Below, in pieces: positions 26,501 to 42,000 of a stretch of 64,000 nt of DNA. The DNA is from Auanema rhodensis. Taxonomy: Eukaryota > Animalia > Nematoda. The notes under the pieces were generated by a model. It was given only the letters and a program-made list of their open reading frames with translations, searched no databases and was not told the origin of the DNA. Position 1 is the first letter of the stretch; each line of letters starts with the position of its first letter. The DNA is taken from NCBI GenBank assembly GCA_964057225.1, contig CAXKVF010000081.1, forward strand, positions 124,001-188,000, in the 5' to 3' direction. The translations under genes and the position numbers were made by a program.

Positions 26501-27279
26501 AATATGGACATGGGGAATCTAATTTTGAAAACCGCATTATTTTATCTTTCACGTGAAGCGAGTTACATACCAAGTGCACATCACGTGTACATTTAATTAG
26601 CATAAATTAAAGTTCACGTAAATTTCAAAGTCATGGTTACCATGAACCAATATCAATAAAAATTTGTTTTTAGACTAATATGGACATGGGGAATCTAATT
26701 TTGAAAACCGCATCTCTTTATCTTTCACGTGAAGCGAGTTACATACCAAGTGCACATCACGTGTACATTTAATTAGCATAAATTAAAGTTCACGTAAATT
26801 TCAAAGTCATGGTTACCATGAACCAATATCAATAAAAATTTGTTTTTAGACTAATATGGACATGGGGAATCTAATTTTGAAAACCGCATTTCTTTATCTT
26901 TCACGTGAAGCGAGTTACATACCAAGTGCACATCACGTGTACATTTAATTAGCATAAATTAAAGTTCACGTAAATTTCAAAGTCATGGTTACCATGCACC
27001 AATATCAATAAAAATTTGTTTTTAGACTAATATGGACATGGGGAATCTAATTTTGAAAACCGCATCTCTTTATCTTTCACGTGAAGCGAGTTACATACCA
27101 AGTGCACATCACGTGTACATTTAATTAGCATAAATTAAAGTTCACGTAAATTTCAAAGTCATGGTTACCATGAACCAATATCAATAAAAATTTGTTTTTA
27201 GACTAATATGGACATGGGAAATCTAATTTTGAAAACCGCATCTCTTTATCTTTCACGTGAAGCGAGTTACATACCAAGT
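23584..27279. repeat. 5-mer higher-order repeat array (880 bp) with an internal 3-mer truncated unit
   Basis: GGGAAAT at 24051, 24931, 25459, 26339, 27219 (offsets 880, 528, 880, 880); CATTATTTT at ~24250, 25130, 25658, 26538. Confidence 0.9.
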
Positions 27280-29919
27280 GCACATCACGTGTACATTTAA
27301 TTAGCATAAATTAAAGTTCACGTAAATTTCAAAGTCATGGTTACCATGAACCAATATCAATAAAAATTTGTTTTTAGACTAATATGGACATGGGGAATCT
27401 AATTTTGAAAACCGCATTTCTTTATCTTTCACGTGAAGCGAGTTACATACCAAGAGCACATCAGGTGTACATTTAATTAGCATAAATTAAAGTTCACGTA
27501 AATTTCAAAGTCATGGTTACCATGCACCAATATCAATAAAAATTTGTTTTTAGACTAATATGGACATGGGGAATCTAATTTTGAAAACCGCATCTCTTTA
27601 TCTTTCACGTGAAGCGAGTTACATACCAAGTGCACATCACGTGTACATTTAATTAGCATAAATTAAAGTTCACGTAAATTTCAAAGTCATGGTTACCATG
27701 AACCAATATCAATAAAAATTTGTTTTTAGACTAATATGGACATGGGGAATCTAATTTTGAAAACCGCATTTCTTTATCTTTCAAGTGAAGCGAGTTACAT
27801 ACCAAGTGCACATCACGTGTACATTTAATTAGCATAAATTAAAGTTCACGTAAATTTCAAAGTCATGGTTACCATGAAGCAATATCAATAAAAATTTGTT
27901 TTTAGACTAATATGGACATGGGGAATCTAATTTTGAAAACCGCATCTCTTTATCTTTCACGTGAAGCGAGTTACATACCAAGTGCACATCACGTGTACAT
28001 TTAATTAGCATAAATTAAAGTTCACGTAAATTTCAAAGTCATGGTTACCATGAACCAATATCAATAAAAATTTGTTTTTAGACTAATATGGACATGGGGA
28101 ATCTAATTTTGAAAACCGCATTTCTTTATCTTTCACGTGAAGCGAGTTACATACCAAGTGCACATCACGTGTACATTTAATTAGCATAAATTAAAGTTCA
28201 CGTAAATTTCAAAGTCATGGTTACCATGAAGCAATATCAATAAAAATTTGTTTTTAGACTAATATGGACATGGGGAATCTAATTTTGAAAACCGCATCTC
28301 TTTATCTTTCACGTGAAGCGAGTTACATACCAAGTGCACATCACGTGTACATTTAATTAGCATAAATTAAAGTTCACGTAAATTTCAAAGTCATGGTTAC
28401 CATGAACCAATATCAATAAAAATTTGTTTTTAGACTAATATGGACATGGGGAATCTAATTTTGAAAACCGCATTTCTTTATCTTTCACGTGAAGCGAGTT
28501 ACATACCAAGTGCACATCACGTGTACATTTAATTAGCATAAATTAAAGTTCACGTAAATTTCAAAGTCATGGTTACCATGCACCAATATCAATAAAAATT
28601 TGTTTTTAGACTAATATGGACATGGGGAATCTAATTTTGAAAACCGCATCTCTTTATCTTTCACGTGAAGCGAATTACATACCAAGTGCACATCACGTGT
28701 ACATTTAATTAGCATAAATTAAAGTTCACGTAAATTTCAAAGTCATGGTTACCATGAACCAATATCAATAAAAATTTGTTTTTAGACTAATATGGACATG
28801 GGGAATCTAATTTTGAAAACCGCATTTCTTTAACTTTCACGTGAAGCGAGTTACATACCAAGTGCACATCACGTGTACATTTAATTAGCATAAATTAAAG
28901 TTCACGTAAATTTCAAAGTCATGGTTACCATGCACCAATATCAATAAAAATTTGTTTTTAGACTAATATGGACATGGGGAATCTAATTTTGAAGACCGCA
29001 TCTCTTTATCTTTCACGTGAAGCGAGTTACATACCAAGTGCACATCACGTGTACATTTAATTAGCATAAATTAAAGTTCACGTGAATTTCAAAGTCATGG
29101 TTACCATGAACCAATATCAATAAAAATTTGTTTTTAGACTAATATGGACATGGGGAATCTAATTTTGAAAACCGCATCTCTTTATCTTTCACGTGAAGCG
29201 AGTTACATACCAAGTGCACATCACGTGTACATTTAATTAGCATAAATTAAAGTTCACGTAAATTTCAAAGTCATGGTTACCATGAACCAATATCAATAAA
29301 AATTTGTTTTTAGACTAATATGGACATGGGGAATCTAATTTTGAAAACCGCATCTCTTTATCTTTCACGTGAAGCGAGTTACATACCAAGTGCACATCAC
29401 GTGTACATTTAATTAGCATAAATTAAAGTTCACGTAAATTTCAAAGTCATGGTTACCATGAAGCAATATCAATAAAAATTTGTTTTTAGACTAATATGGA
29501 CATGGGGAATCTAATTTTGAAAACCGCATCTCTTTATCTTTGACGTGAAGCGAGTTACATACCAAGTGCACATCACGTGTACATTTAATTAGCATAAATT
29601 AAAGTTCACGTAAATTTCAAAGTCATGGTTACCATGCACCAATATCAATAAAAATTTGTTTTTAGACTAATATGGACATGGGGAATCTAATTTTGAAAAC
29701 CGCATCTCTTTATCTTTCACGTGAAGCGAGTTACATACCAAGTGCACATCACGTGTACATTTAATTAGCATAAATTAAAGTTCACGTAAATTTCAAAGTC
29801 ATGGTTACCATGAACCAATATCAATAAAAATTTGTTTTTAGACTAATATGGACATGGGGAATCTAATTTTGAAAACCGCATCTCTTTATCTTTCACGTGA
29901 AGCGAGTTACATACCAAGT

Positions 29920-32735
29920 GCACATCACGTGTACATTTAATTAGCATAAATTAAAGTTCACGTAAATTTCAAAGTCATGGTTACCATGAAGCAATATCAA
30001 TAAAAATTTGTTTTTAGACTAATATGGACATGGGGAATCTAATTTTGAAAACCGCATCTCTTTATCTTTCACGTGAAGCGAGTTACATACCAAGTGCACA
30101 TCACGTGTACATTTAATTAGCATAAATTAAAGTTCACGTAAATTTCAAAGTCATGGTTACCATGAACCAATATCAATAAAAATTTGTTTTTAGACTAATA
30201 TGGACATGGGGAATCTAATTTTGAAAACCGCATTTCTTTATCTTTCACGTGAAGCGAGTTACATACCAAGTGCACATCACGTGTACATTTAATTAGCATA
30301 AATTAAAGTTCACGTAAATTTCAAAGTCATGGTTACCATGCACCAATATCAATAAAAATTTGTTTTTAGACTAATATGGACATGGGGAATCTAATTTTGA
30401 AAACCGCATCTCTTTATCTTTCACGTGAAGCGAGTTACATACCAAGTGCACATCACGTGTACATTTAATTAGCATAAATTAAAGTTCACGTAAATTTCAA
30501 AGTCATGGTTACCATGAACCAATATCAATAAAAATTTGTTTTTAGACTAATATGGACATGGGGAATCTAATTTTGAAAACCGCATCTCTTTATCTTTCAC
30601 GTGAAGCGAGTTACATACCAAGTGCACATCACGTGTACATTTAATTAGCATAAATTGAAGTTCACGTAAATTTCAAAGTCATGGTTACCATGAACCAATA
30701 TCAATAAAAATTTGTTTTTAGACTAATATGGACATGGGGAATCTAATTTTGAAAACCGCATCTCTTTATCTTTCACGTGAAGCGAGTTACATACCAAGTG
30801 CACATCACGTGTACATTTAATTAGCATAAATTAAAGTTCACGTAAATTTCAAAGTCATGGTTACCATGAAGCAATATCAATAAAAATTTGTTTTTAGACT
30901 AATATGGACATGGGGAATCTAATTTTGAAAACCGCATCTCTTTATCTTTCACGTGAAGCGAGTTACATACCAAGTGCACATCACGTGTACATTTAATTAG
31001 CATAAATTAAAGTTCACGTAAATTTCAAAGTCATGGTTACCATGAACCAATATCAATAAAAATTTGTTTTTAGACTAATATGGACATGGGGAATCTAATT
31101 TTGAAAACCGCATTTCTTTATCTTTCACGTGAAGCGAGTTACATACCAAGTGCACATCACGTGTACATTTAATTAGCATAAATTAAAGTTCACGTAAATT
31201 TCAAAGTCATGGTTACCATGCACCAATATCAATAAAAATTTGTTTTTAGACTAATATGGACATGGGGAATCTAATTTTGAAAACCGCATCTCTTTATCTT
31301 TCACGTGAAGCGAGTTACATACCAAGTGCACATCACGTGTACATTTAATTAGCATAAATTAAAGTTCACGTAAATTTCAAAGTCATGGTTACCATGAACC
31401 AATATCAATAAAAATTTGTTTTTAGACTAATATGGACATGGGGAATCTAATTTTGAAAACCGCATCTCTTTATCTTTCACGTGAAGCGAGTTACATACCA
31501 AGTGCACATCACGTGTACATTTAATTAGCATAAATTAAAGTTCACGTAAATTTCAAAGTCATGGTTACCATGAACCAATATCAATAAAAATTTGTTTTTA
31601 AACTAATATGGACATGGGGAATCTAATTTTGAAAACCGCATCTCTTTATCTTTCACGTGAAGCGAGTTACATACCAAGTGCACATCACGTGTACATTTAA
31701 TTAGCATAAATTAAAGTTCACGTAAACTTCAAAGTCATGGTTACCATGAAGCAATATCAATAAAAATTTGTTTTTAGACTAATATGGACATGGGGAATCT
31801 AATTTTGAAAACCGCATCTCTTTATCTTTCACGTGAAGCGAGTTACATACCAAGTGCACATCACGTGTACATTTAATTAGCATAAATTAAAGTTCACGTA
31901 AATTTCAAAGTCATGGTTACCATGAACCAATATCAATAAAAATTTGTTTTTAGACTAATATGGACATGGGGAATCTAATTTTGAAAACCGCATTTCTTTA
32001 TCTTTCACGTGAAGCGAGTTACATACCAAGTGCACATCACGTGTACATTTAATTAGCATAAATTAAAGTTCACGTAAATTTCAAAGTCATGGTTACCATG
32101 CACCAATATCAATAGAAATTTGTTTTTAGACTAATATGGACATGGGGAATCTAATTTTGAAAACCGCATCTCTTTATCTTTCACGTGAAGCGAGTTACAT
32201 ACCAAGTGCACATCACGTGTACATTTAATTAGCATAAATTAAAGTTCACGTAAATTTCAAAGTCATGGTTACCATGAACCAATATCAATAAAAATTTGTT
32301 TTTAGACTAATATGGACATGGGGAATCTAATTTTGAAAACCGCATCTCTTTATCTTTCACGTGAAGCGAGTTACATACCAAGTGCACATCACGTGTACAT
32401 TTAATTAGCATAAATTAAAGTTCACGTAAATTTCAAAGTCATGGTTACCATGAACCAATATCAATAAAAATTTGTTTTTAAACTAATATGGACATGGGGA
32501 ATCTAATTTTGAAAACCGCATCTCTTTATCTTTCACGTGAAGCGAGTTACATACCAAGTGCACATCACGTGTACATTTAATTAGCATAAATTAAAGTTCA
32601 CGTAAACTTCAAAGTCATGGTTACCATGAAGCAATATCAATAAAAATTTGTTTTTAGACTAATATGGACATGGGGAATCTAATTTTGAAAACCGCATCTC
32701 TTTATCTTTCACGTGAAGCGAGTTACATACCAAGT
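29920..32735. repeat. 5-mer higher-order repeat (~3 x 880 bp)
   Basis: GAAGC monomers at 29920, 30800, 31680, 32560; the first three are each followed by a CATTTC monomer and then a GCACC monomer; TTAAACT at 31601 and 32481. Confidence 0.85.
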
Positions 32736-33791
32736 GCACATCACGTGTACATTTAATTAGCATAAATTAAAGTTCACGTAAATTTCAAAGTCATGGTTAC
32801 CATGAACCAATATCAATAAAAATTTGTTTTTAGACTAATATGGACATGGGGAATCTAATTTTGAAAACCGCATCTCTTTATCTTTCACGTGAAGCGAGTT
32901 ACATACCAAGTGCACATCACGTGTACATTTAATTAGCATAAATTAAAGTTCACGTAAATTTCAAAGTCATGGTTACCATGCACCAATATCAATAAAAATT
33001 TGTTTTTAGACTAATATGGACATGGGGAATCTAATTTTGAAAACCGCATCTCTTTATCTTTCACGTGAAGCGAGTTACATACCAAGTGCACATCACGTGT
33101 ACATTTAATTAGCATAAATTAAAGTTCACGTAAATTTCAAAGTCATGGTTACCATGAACCAATATCAATAAAAATTTGGTTTTAGACTAATATGGACATG
33201 GGGAATCTAATTTTGAAAACCGCATCTCTTTATCTTTCACGTGAAGCGAGTTACATACCAAGTGCACATCACGTGTACATTTAATTAGCATAAATTAAAG
33301 TTCACGTAAATTTCAAAGTCATGGTTACCATGAACCAATATCAATAAAAATTTGTTTTTAGACTAATATGGACATGGGGAATCTAATTTTGAAAACCGCA
33401 TCTCTTTATCTTTCACGTGAAGCGAGTTACATACCAAGTGCACATCACGTGTACATTTAATTAGCATAAATTAAAGTTCACGTAAATTTCAAAGTCATGG
33501 TTACCATGAACCAATATCAATAAAAATTTGGTTTTAGACTAATATGGACATGGGGAATCTAATTTTGAAAACCGCATCTCTTTATCTTTCACGTGAAGCG
33601 AGTTACATACCAAGTGCACATCACGTGTACATTTAATTAGCATAAATTAAAGTTCACGTAAATTTCAAAGTCATGGTTACCATGAACCAATATCAATAAA
33701 AATTTGTTTTTAGACTAATATGGACATGGGGAATCTAATTTTGAAAACCGCATCTCTTTATCTTTCACGTGAAGCGAGTTACATACCAAGT

Positions 33792-36700
33792 GCACATCAC
33801 GTGTACATTTAATTAGCATAAATTAAAGTTCACGTAAATTTCAAAGTCATGGTTACCATGCACCAATATCAATAAAAATTTGTTTTTAGACTAATATGGA
33901 CATGGGGAATCTAATTTTGAAAACCGCATCTCTTTATCTTTCACGTGAAGCGAGTTACATACCAAGTGCACATCACGTGTACATTTAATTAGCATAAATT
34001 AAAGTTCACGTAAATTTCAAAGTCATGGTTACCATGAAGCAATATCAATAAAAATTTGTTTTTAGACTAATATGGACATGGGGAATCTAATTTTGAAAAC
34101 CGCATCTCTTTATCTTTCACGTGAAGCGAGTTACATACCAAGTGCACATCACGTGTACATTTAATTAGCATAAATTAAAGTTCACGTAAATTTCAAAGTC
34201 ATGGTTACCATGCACCAATATCAATAAAAATTTGTTTTTAGACTAATATGGACATGGGGAATCTAATTTTGAAAACCGCATCTCTTTATCTTTCACGTGA
34301 AGCGAGTTACATACCAAGTGCACATCACGTGTACATTTAATTAGCATAAATTAAAGTTCACGTAAATTTCAAAGTCATGGTTACCATGAACCAATATCAA
34401 TAAAAATTTGTTTTTAGACTAATATGGACATGGGGAATCTAATTTTGAAAACCGCATTTCTTTATCTTTCACGTGAAGCGAGTTACATACCAAGTGCACA
34501 TCACGTGTACATTTAATTAGCATAAATTAAAGTTCACGTAAATTTCAAAGTCATGGTTACCATGCACCAATATCAATAAAAATTTGTTTTTAGACTAATA
34601 TGGACATGGGGAATCTAATTTTGAAAACCGCATCTCTTTATCTTTCACGTGAAGCGAGTTACATACCAAGTGCACATCACGTGTACATTTAATTAGCATA
34701 AATTAAAGTTCACGTAAATTTCAAAGTCATGGTTACCATGAACCAATATCAATAAAAATTTGTTTTTAGACTAATATGGACATGGGGAATCTAATTTTGA
34801 AAACCGCATCTCTTTATCTTTCACGTGAAGCGAGTTACATACCAAGTGCACATCACGTGTACATTTAATTAGCATAAATTAAAGTTCACGTAAATTTCAA
34901 AGTCATGGTTACCATGAACCAATATCAATAAAAATTTGTTTTTAAACTAATATGGACATGGGGAATCTAATTTTGAAAACTGCATCTCTTTATCTTTCAC
35001 GTGAAGCGAGTTACATACCAAGTGCACATCACGTGTACATTTAATTAGCATAAATTAAAGTTCACGTAAACTTCAAAGTCATGGTTACCATGAAGCAATA
35101 TCAATAAAAATTTGTTTTTAGACTAATATGGACATGGGGAATCTAATTTTGAAAACCGCATCTCTTTATCTTTCACGTGAAGCGAGTTACATACCAAGTG
35201 CACATCACGTGTACATTTAATTAGCATAAATTAAAGTTCACGTAAATTTCAAAGTCATGGTTACCATGAACCAATATCAATAAAAATTTGTTTTTAGACT
35301 AATATGGACATGGGGAATCTAATTTTGAAAACCGCATCTCTTTATCTTTCACGTGAAGCGAGTTACATACCAAGTGCACATCACGTGTACATTTAATTAG
35401 CATAAATTAAAGTTCACGTAAATTTCAAAGTCATGGTTACCATGAACCAATATCAATAAAAATTTGTTTTTAGACTAATATGGACATGGGGAATCTAATT
35501 TTGAAAACCGCATCTCTTTATCTTTCACGTGAAGCGAGTTACATACCAAGTGCACATCACGTGTACATTTAATTAGCATAAATTAAAGTTCACGTAAATT
35601 TCAAAGTCATGGTTACCATGAACCAATATCAATAAAAATTTGTTTTTAAACTAATATGGACATGGGGAATCTAATTTTGAAAACCGCATCTCTTTATCTT
35701 TCACGTGAAGCGAGTTACATACCAAGTGCACATCACGTGTACATTTAATTAGCATAAATTAAAGTTCACGTAAACTTCAAAGTCATGGTTACCATGAAGC
35801 AATATCAATAAAAATTTGTTTTTAGACTAATATGGACATGGGGAATCTAATTTTGAAAACCGCATCTCTTTATCTTTCACGTGAAGCGAGTTACATACCA
35901 AGTGCACATCACGTGTACATTTAATTAGCATAAATTAAAGTTCACGTAAATTTCAAAGTCATGGTTACCATGCACCAATATCAATAAAAATTTGTTTTTA
36001 GACTAATATGGACATGGGGAATCTAATTTTGAAAACCGCATCTCTTTATCTTTCACGTGAAGCGAGTTACATACCAAGTGCACATCACGTGTACATTTAA
36101 TTAGCATAAATTAAAGTTCACGTAAATTTCAAAGTCATGGTTACCATGAAGCAATATCAATAAAAATTTGTTTTTAGACTAATATGGACATGGGGAATCT
36201 AATTTTGAAAACCGCATCTCTTTATCTTTCACGTGAAGCGAGTTACATACCAAGTGCACATCACGTGTACATTTAATTAGCATAAATTAAAGTTCACGTA
36301 AATTTCAAAGTCATGGTTACCATGCACCAATATCAATAAAAATTTGTTTTTAGACTAATATGGACATGGGGAATCTAATTTTGAAAACCGCATCTCTTTA
36401 TCTTTCACGTGAAGCGAGTTACATACCAAGTGCACATCACGTGTACATTTAATTAGCATAAATTAAAGTTCACGTAAATTTCAAAGTCATGGTTACCATG
36501 AACCAATATCAATAAAAATTTGTTTTTAGACTAATATGGACATGGGGAATCTAATTTTGAAAACCGCATTTCTTTATCTTTCACGTGAAGCGAGTTACAT
36601 ACCAAGTGCACATCACGTGTACATTTAATTAGCATAAATTAAAGTTCACGTAAATTTCAAAGTCATGGTTACCATGCACCAATATCAATAAAAATTTGTT

Positions 36701-38015
36701 TTTAGACTAATATGGACATGGGGAATCTAATTTTGAAAACCGCATCTCTTTATCTTTCACGTGAAGCGAGTTACATACCAAGTGCACATCACGTGTACAT
36801 TTAATTAGCATAAATTAAAGTTCACGTAAATTTCAAAGTCATGGTTACCATGAACCAATATCAATAAAAATTTGTTTTTAGACTAATATGGACATGGGGA
36901 ATCTAATTTTGAAAACCGCATCTCTTTATCTTTCACGTGAAGCGAGTTACATACCAAGTGCACATCACGTGTACATTTAATTAGCATAAATTAAAGTTCA
37001 CGTAAATTTCAAAGTCATGGTTACCATGAACCAATATCAATAAAAATTTGTTTTTAAACTAATATGGACATGGGGAATCTAATTTTGAAAACCGCATCTC
37101 TTTATCTTTCACGTGAAGCGAGTTACATACCAAGTGCACATCACGTGTACATTTAATTAGCATAAATTAAAGTTCACGTAAACTTCAAAGTCATGGTTAC
37201 CATGAAGCAATATCAATAAAAATTTGTTTTTAGACTAATATGGACATGGGGAATCTAATTTTGAAAACCGCATCTCTTTATCTCTCACGTGAAGCGAGTT
37301 ACATACCAAGTGCACATCACGTGTACATTTAATTAGCATAAATTAAAGTTCACGTAAATTTCAAAGTCATGGTTACCATGAACCAATATCAATAAAAATT
37401 TGTTTTTAGACTAATATGGACATGGGGAATCTAATTTTGAAAACCGCATCTCTTTATCTTTCACGTGAAGCGAGTTACATACCAAGTGCACATCACGTGT
37501 ACATTTAATTAGCATAAATTAAAGTTCACGTAAATTTCAAAGTCATGGTTACCATGAACCAATATCAATAAAAATTTGTTTTTAGACTAATATGGACATG
37601 GGGAATCTAATTTTGAAAACCGCATCTCTTTATCTTTCACGTGAAGCGAGTTACATACCAAGTGCACATCACGTGTACATTTAATTAGCATAAATTAAAG
37701 TTCACGTAAATTTCAAAGTCATGGTTACCATGAACCAATATCAATAAAAATTTGTTTTTAAACTAATATGGACATGGGGAATCTAATTTTGAAAACCGCA
37801 TCTCTTTATCTTTCACGTGAAGCGAGTTACATACCAAGTGCACATCACGTGTACATTTAATTAGCATAAATTAAAGTTCACGTAAACTTCAAAGTCATGG
37901 TTACCATGAAGCAATATCAATAAAAATTTGTTTTTAGACTAATATGGACATGGGGAATCTAATTTTGAAAACCGCATCTCTTTATCTTTCACGTGAAGCG
38001 AGTTACATACCAAGT
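33792..38015. repeat. 12-mer higher-order tandem duplication (2 x 2112 bp)
   Basis: The order C,G,C,CATTTC,C,A,TAAACT,AAACTTC-G,A,A,TAAACT,AAACTTC-G starts at both 33792 and 35904; TAAACT at 34945/37057 and 35649/37761. Confidence 0.88.
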
Positions 38016-39071
38016 GCACATCACGTGTACATTTAATTAGCATAAATTAAAGTTCACGTAAATTTCAAAGTCATGGTTACCATGAACCAATATCAATAAA
38101 AATTTGTTTTTAGACTAATATGGACATGGGGAATCTAATTTTGAAAACCGCATCTCTTTATCTTTCACGTGAAGCGAGTTACATACCAAGTGCACATCAC
38201 GTGTACATTTAATTAGCATAAATTAAAGTTCACGTAAATTTCAAAGTCATGGTTACCATGAACCAATATCAATAAAAATTTGTTTTTAGACTAATATGGA
38301 CATGGGGAATCTAATTTTGAAAACCGCATCTCTTTATCTTTCACGTGAAGCGAGTTACATACCAAGTGCACATCACGTGTACATTTAATTAGCATAAATT
38401 AAAGTTCACGTAAATTTCAAAGTCATGGTTACCATGAACCAATATCAATAAAAATTTGTTTTTAAACTAATATGGACATGGGGAATCTAATTTTGAAAAC
38501 CGCATCTCTTTATCTTTCACGTGAAGCGAGTTACATACCAAGTGCACATCACGTGTACATTTAATTAGCATAAATTAAAGTTCACGTAAACTTCAAAGTC
38601 ATGGTTACCATGAAGCAATATCAATAAAAATTTGTTTTTAGACTAATATGGACATGGGGAATCTAATTTTGAAAACCGCATCTCTTTATCTTTCACGTGA
38701 AGCGAGTTACATACCAAGTGCACATCACGTGTACATTTAATTAGCATAAATTAAAGTTCACGTAAATTTCAAAGTCATGGTTACCATGAACCAATATCAA
38801 TAAAAATTTGTTTTTAGACTAATATGGACATGGGGAATCTAATTTTGAAAACCGCATCTCTTTATCTTTCACGTGAAGCGAGTTACATACCAAGTGCACA
38901 TCACGTGTACATTTAATTAGCATAAATTAAAGTTCACGTAAATTTCAAAGTCATGGTTACCATGAACCAATATCAATAAAAATTTGTTTTTAGACTAATA
39001 TGGACATGGGGAATCTAATTTTGAAAACCGCATCTCTTTATCTTTCACGTGAAGCGAGTTACATACCAAGT
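36960..39071. repeat. 4-mer higher-order repeat (3 x 704 bp), overlapping the 12-mer
   Basis: TAAACT at 37057, 37761, 38465, each followed by an AAACTTC/GAAGC monomer and two near-consensus monomers. Confidence 0.88.
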
Positions 39072-42000
39072 GCACATCACGTGTACATTTAATTAGCATA
39101 AATTAAAGTTCACGTAAATTTCAAAGTCATGGTTACCATGAACCAATATCAATAAAAATTTGGTTTTAGACTAATATGGACATGGGGAATCTAATTTTGA
39201 AAACCGCATCTCTTTATCTTTCACGTGAAGCGAGTTACATACCAAGTGCACATCACGTGTACATTTAATTAGCATAAATTAAAGTTCACGTAAATTTCAA
39301 AGTCATGGTTACCATGAACCAATATCAATAAAAATTTGTTTTTAGACTAATATGGACATGGGGAATCTAATTTTGAAAACCGCATCTCTTTATCTTTCAC
39401 GTGAAGCGAGTTACATACCAAGTGCACATCACGTGTACATTTAATTAGCATAAATTAAAGTTCACGTAAATTTCAAAGTCATGGTTACCATGCACCAATA
39501 TCAATAAAAATTTGTTTTTAGACTAATATGGACATGGGGAATCTAATTTTGAAAACCGCATCTCTTTATCTTTCACGTGAAGCGAGTTACATACCAAGTG
39601 CACATCACGTGTACATTTAATTAGCATAAATTAAAGTTCACGTAAATTTCAAAGTCATGGTTACCATGAAGCAATATCAATAAAAATTTGTTTTTAGACT
39701 AATATGGACATGGGGAATCTAATTTTGAAAACCGCATCTCTTTATCTTTCACGTGAAGCGAGTTACATACCAAGTGCACATCACGTGTACATTTAATTAG
39801 CATAAATTAAAGTTCACGTAAATTTCAAAGTCATGGTTACCATGCACCAATATCAATAAAAATTTGTTTTTAGACTAATATGGACATGGGGAATCTAATT
39901 TTGAAAACCGCATCTCTTTATCTTTCACGTGAAGCGAGTTACATACCAAGTGCACATCACGTGTACATTTAATTAGCATAAATTAAAGTTCACGTAAATT
40001 TCAAAGTCATGGTTACCATGAACCAATATCAATAAAAATTTGTTTTTAGACTAATATGGACATGGGGAATCTAATTTTGAAAACCGCATCTCTTTATCTT
40101 TCACGTGAAGCGAGTTACAAACCAAGTGCACATCACGTGTACATTTAATTAGCATAAATTAAAGTTCACGTAAATTTCAAAGTCATGGTTACCATGAAGC
40201 AATATCAATAAAAATTTGTTTTTAGACTAATATGGACATGGGGAATCTAATTTTGAAAACCGCATCTTTTTATCTTTCACGTGAAGCGAGTTACATACCA
40301 AGTGCACATCACGTGTACATTTAATTAGCATAAATTAAAGTTCACGTAAATTTCAAAGTCATGGTTACCATGAACCAATATCAATAAAAATTTGTTTTTA
40401 GATTAATATGGACATGGGGAATCTAATTTTGAAAACCGCATCTCTTTATCTTTCACGTGAAGCGAGTTACATACCAAGTGCACATCACGTGTACATTTAA
40501 TTAGCATAAATTAAAGTTCACGTAAAATTCAAAGTCATGGTTACCATGCACCAATATCAATAAAAATTTGTTTTTAGACTAATATGGACATGGGGAATCT
40601 AATTTTGAAAACCGCATCTCTTTATCTTTCACGTGAAGCGAGTTACATACCAAGTGCACATCACGTGTACATTTAATTAGCATAAATTAAAGTTCACGTA
40701 AATTTCAAAGTCATGGTTACCATGAACCAATATCAATAAAAATTTGTTTTTAGACTAATATGGACATGGGGAATCTAATTTTGAAAACCGCATCTCTTTA
40801 TCTTTCACGTGAAGCGAGTTACATACCAAGTGCACATCACGTGTACATTTAATTAGCATAAATTGAAGTTCACGTAAATTTCAAAGTCATGGTTACCATG
40901 AACCAATATCAATAAAAATTTGTTTTTAGACTAATATGGACATGGAGAATCTAATTTTGAAAACTGCATCTCTTTATCTTTCACGTGAAGCGAGTTACAT
41001 ACCAAGTGCACATCACGTGTACATTTAATTAGCATAAATTAAAGTTCACGTAAATTTCAAAGTCATGGTTACCATGAAGCAATATCAATAAAAATTTATT
41101 TTTAGACTAATATGGACATGGGGAATCTAATTTTGAAAACCGCATCTCTTTATCTTTCACGTGAAGCGAGTTACATACCAAGTGCACATCACGTGTACAT
41201 TTAATTAGCATAAATTAAAGTTCACGTAAATTTCAAAGTCATGGTTACCATGAACCAATATCAATAAAAATTTGTTTTTAGACTAATATGGACATGGGGA
41301 ATCTAATTTTGAAAACCGCATCTCTTTATCTTTCACGTGAAGCGAGTTACATACCAAGTGCACATCACGTGTACATTTAATTAGCATAAATTAAAGTTCA
41401 CGTAAATTTCAAAGTCATGGTTACCATGAACCAATATCAATAAAAATTTGGTTTTAGACTAATATGGACATGGGGAATCTAATTTTGAAAACCGCATCTC
41501 TTTATCTTTCACGTGAAGCGAGTTACATACCAAGTGCACATCACGTGTACATTTAATTAGCATAAATTAAAGTTCACGTAAATTTCAAAGTCATGGTTAC
41601 CATGAACCAATATCAATAAAAATTTGTTTTTAGACTAATATGGACATGGGGAATCTAATTTTGAAAACCGCATCTCTTTATCTTTCACGTGAAGCGAGTT
41701 ACATACCAAGTGCACATCACGTGTACATTTAATTAGCATAAATTAAAGTTCACGTAAATTTCAAAGTCATGGTTACCATGCACCAATATCAATAAAAATT
41801 TGTTTTTAGACTAATATGGACATGGGGAATCTAATTTTGAAAACCGCATCTCTTTATCTTTCACGTGAAGCGAGTTACATACCAAGTGCACATCACGTGT
41901 ACATTTAATTAGCATAAATTAAAGTTCACGTAAATTTCAAAGTCATGGTTACCATGAACCAATATCAATAAAAATTTGTTTTTAGACTAATATGGACATG

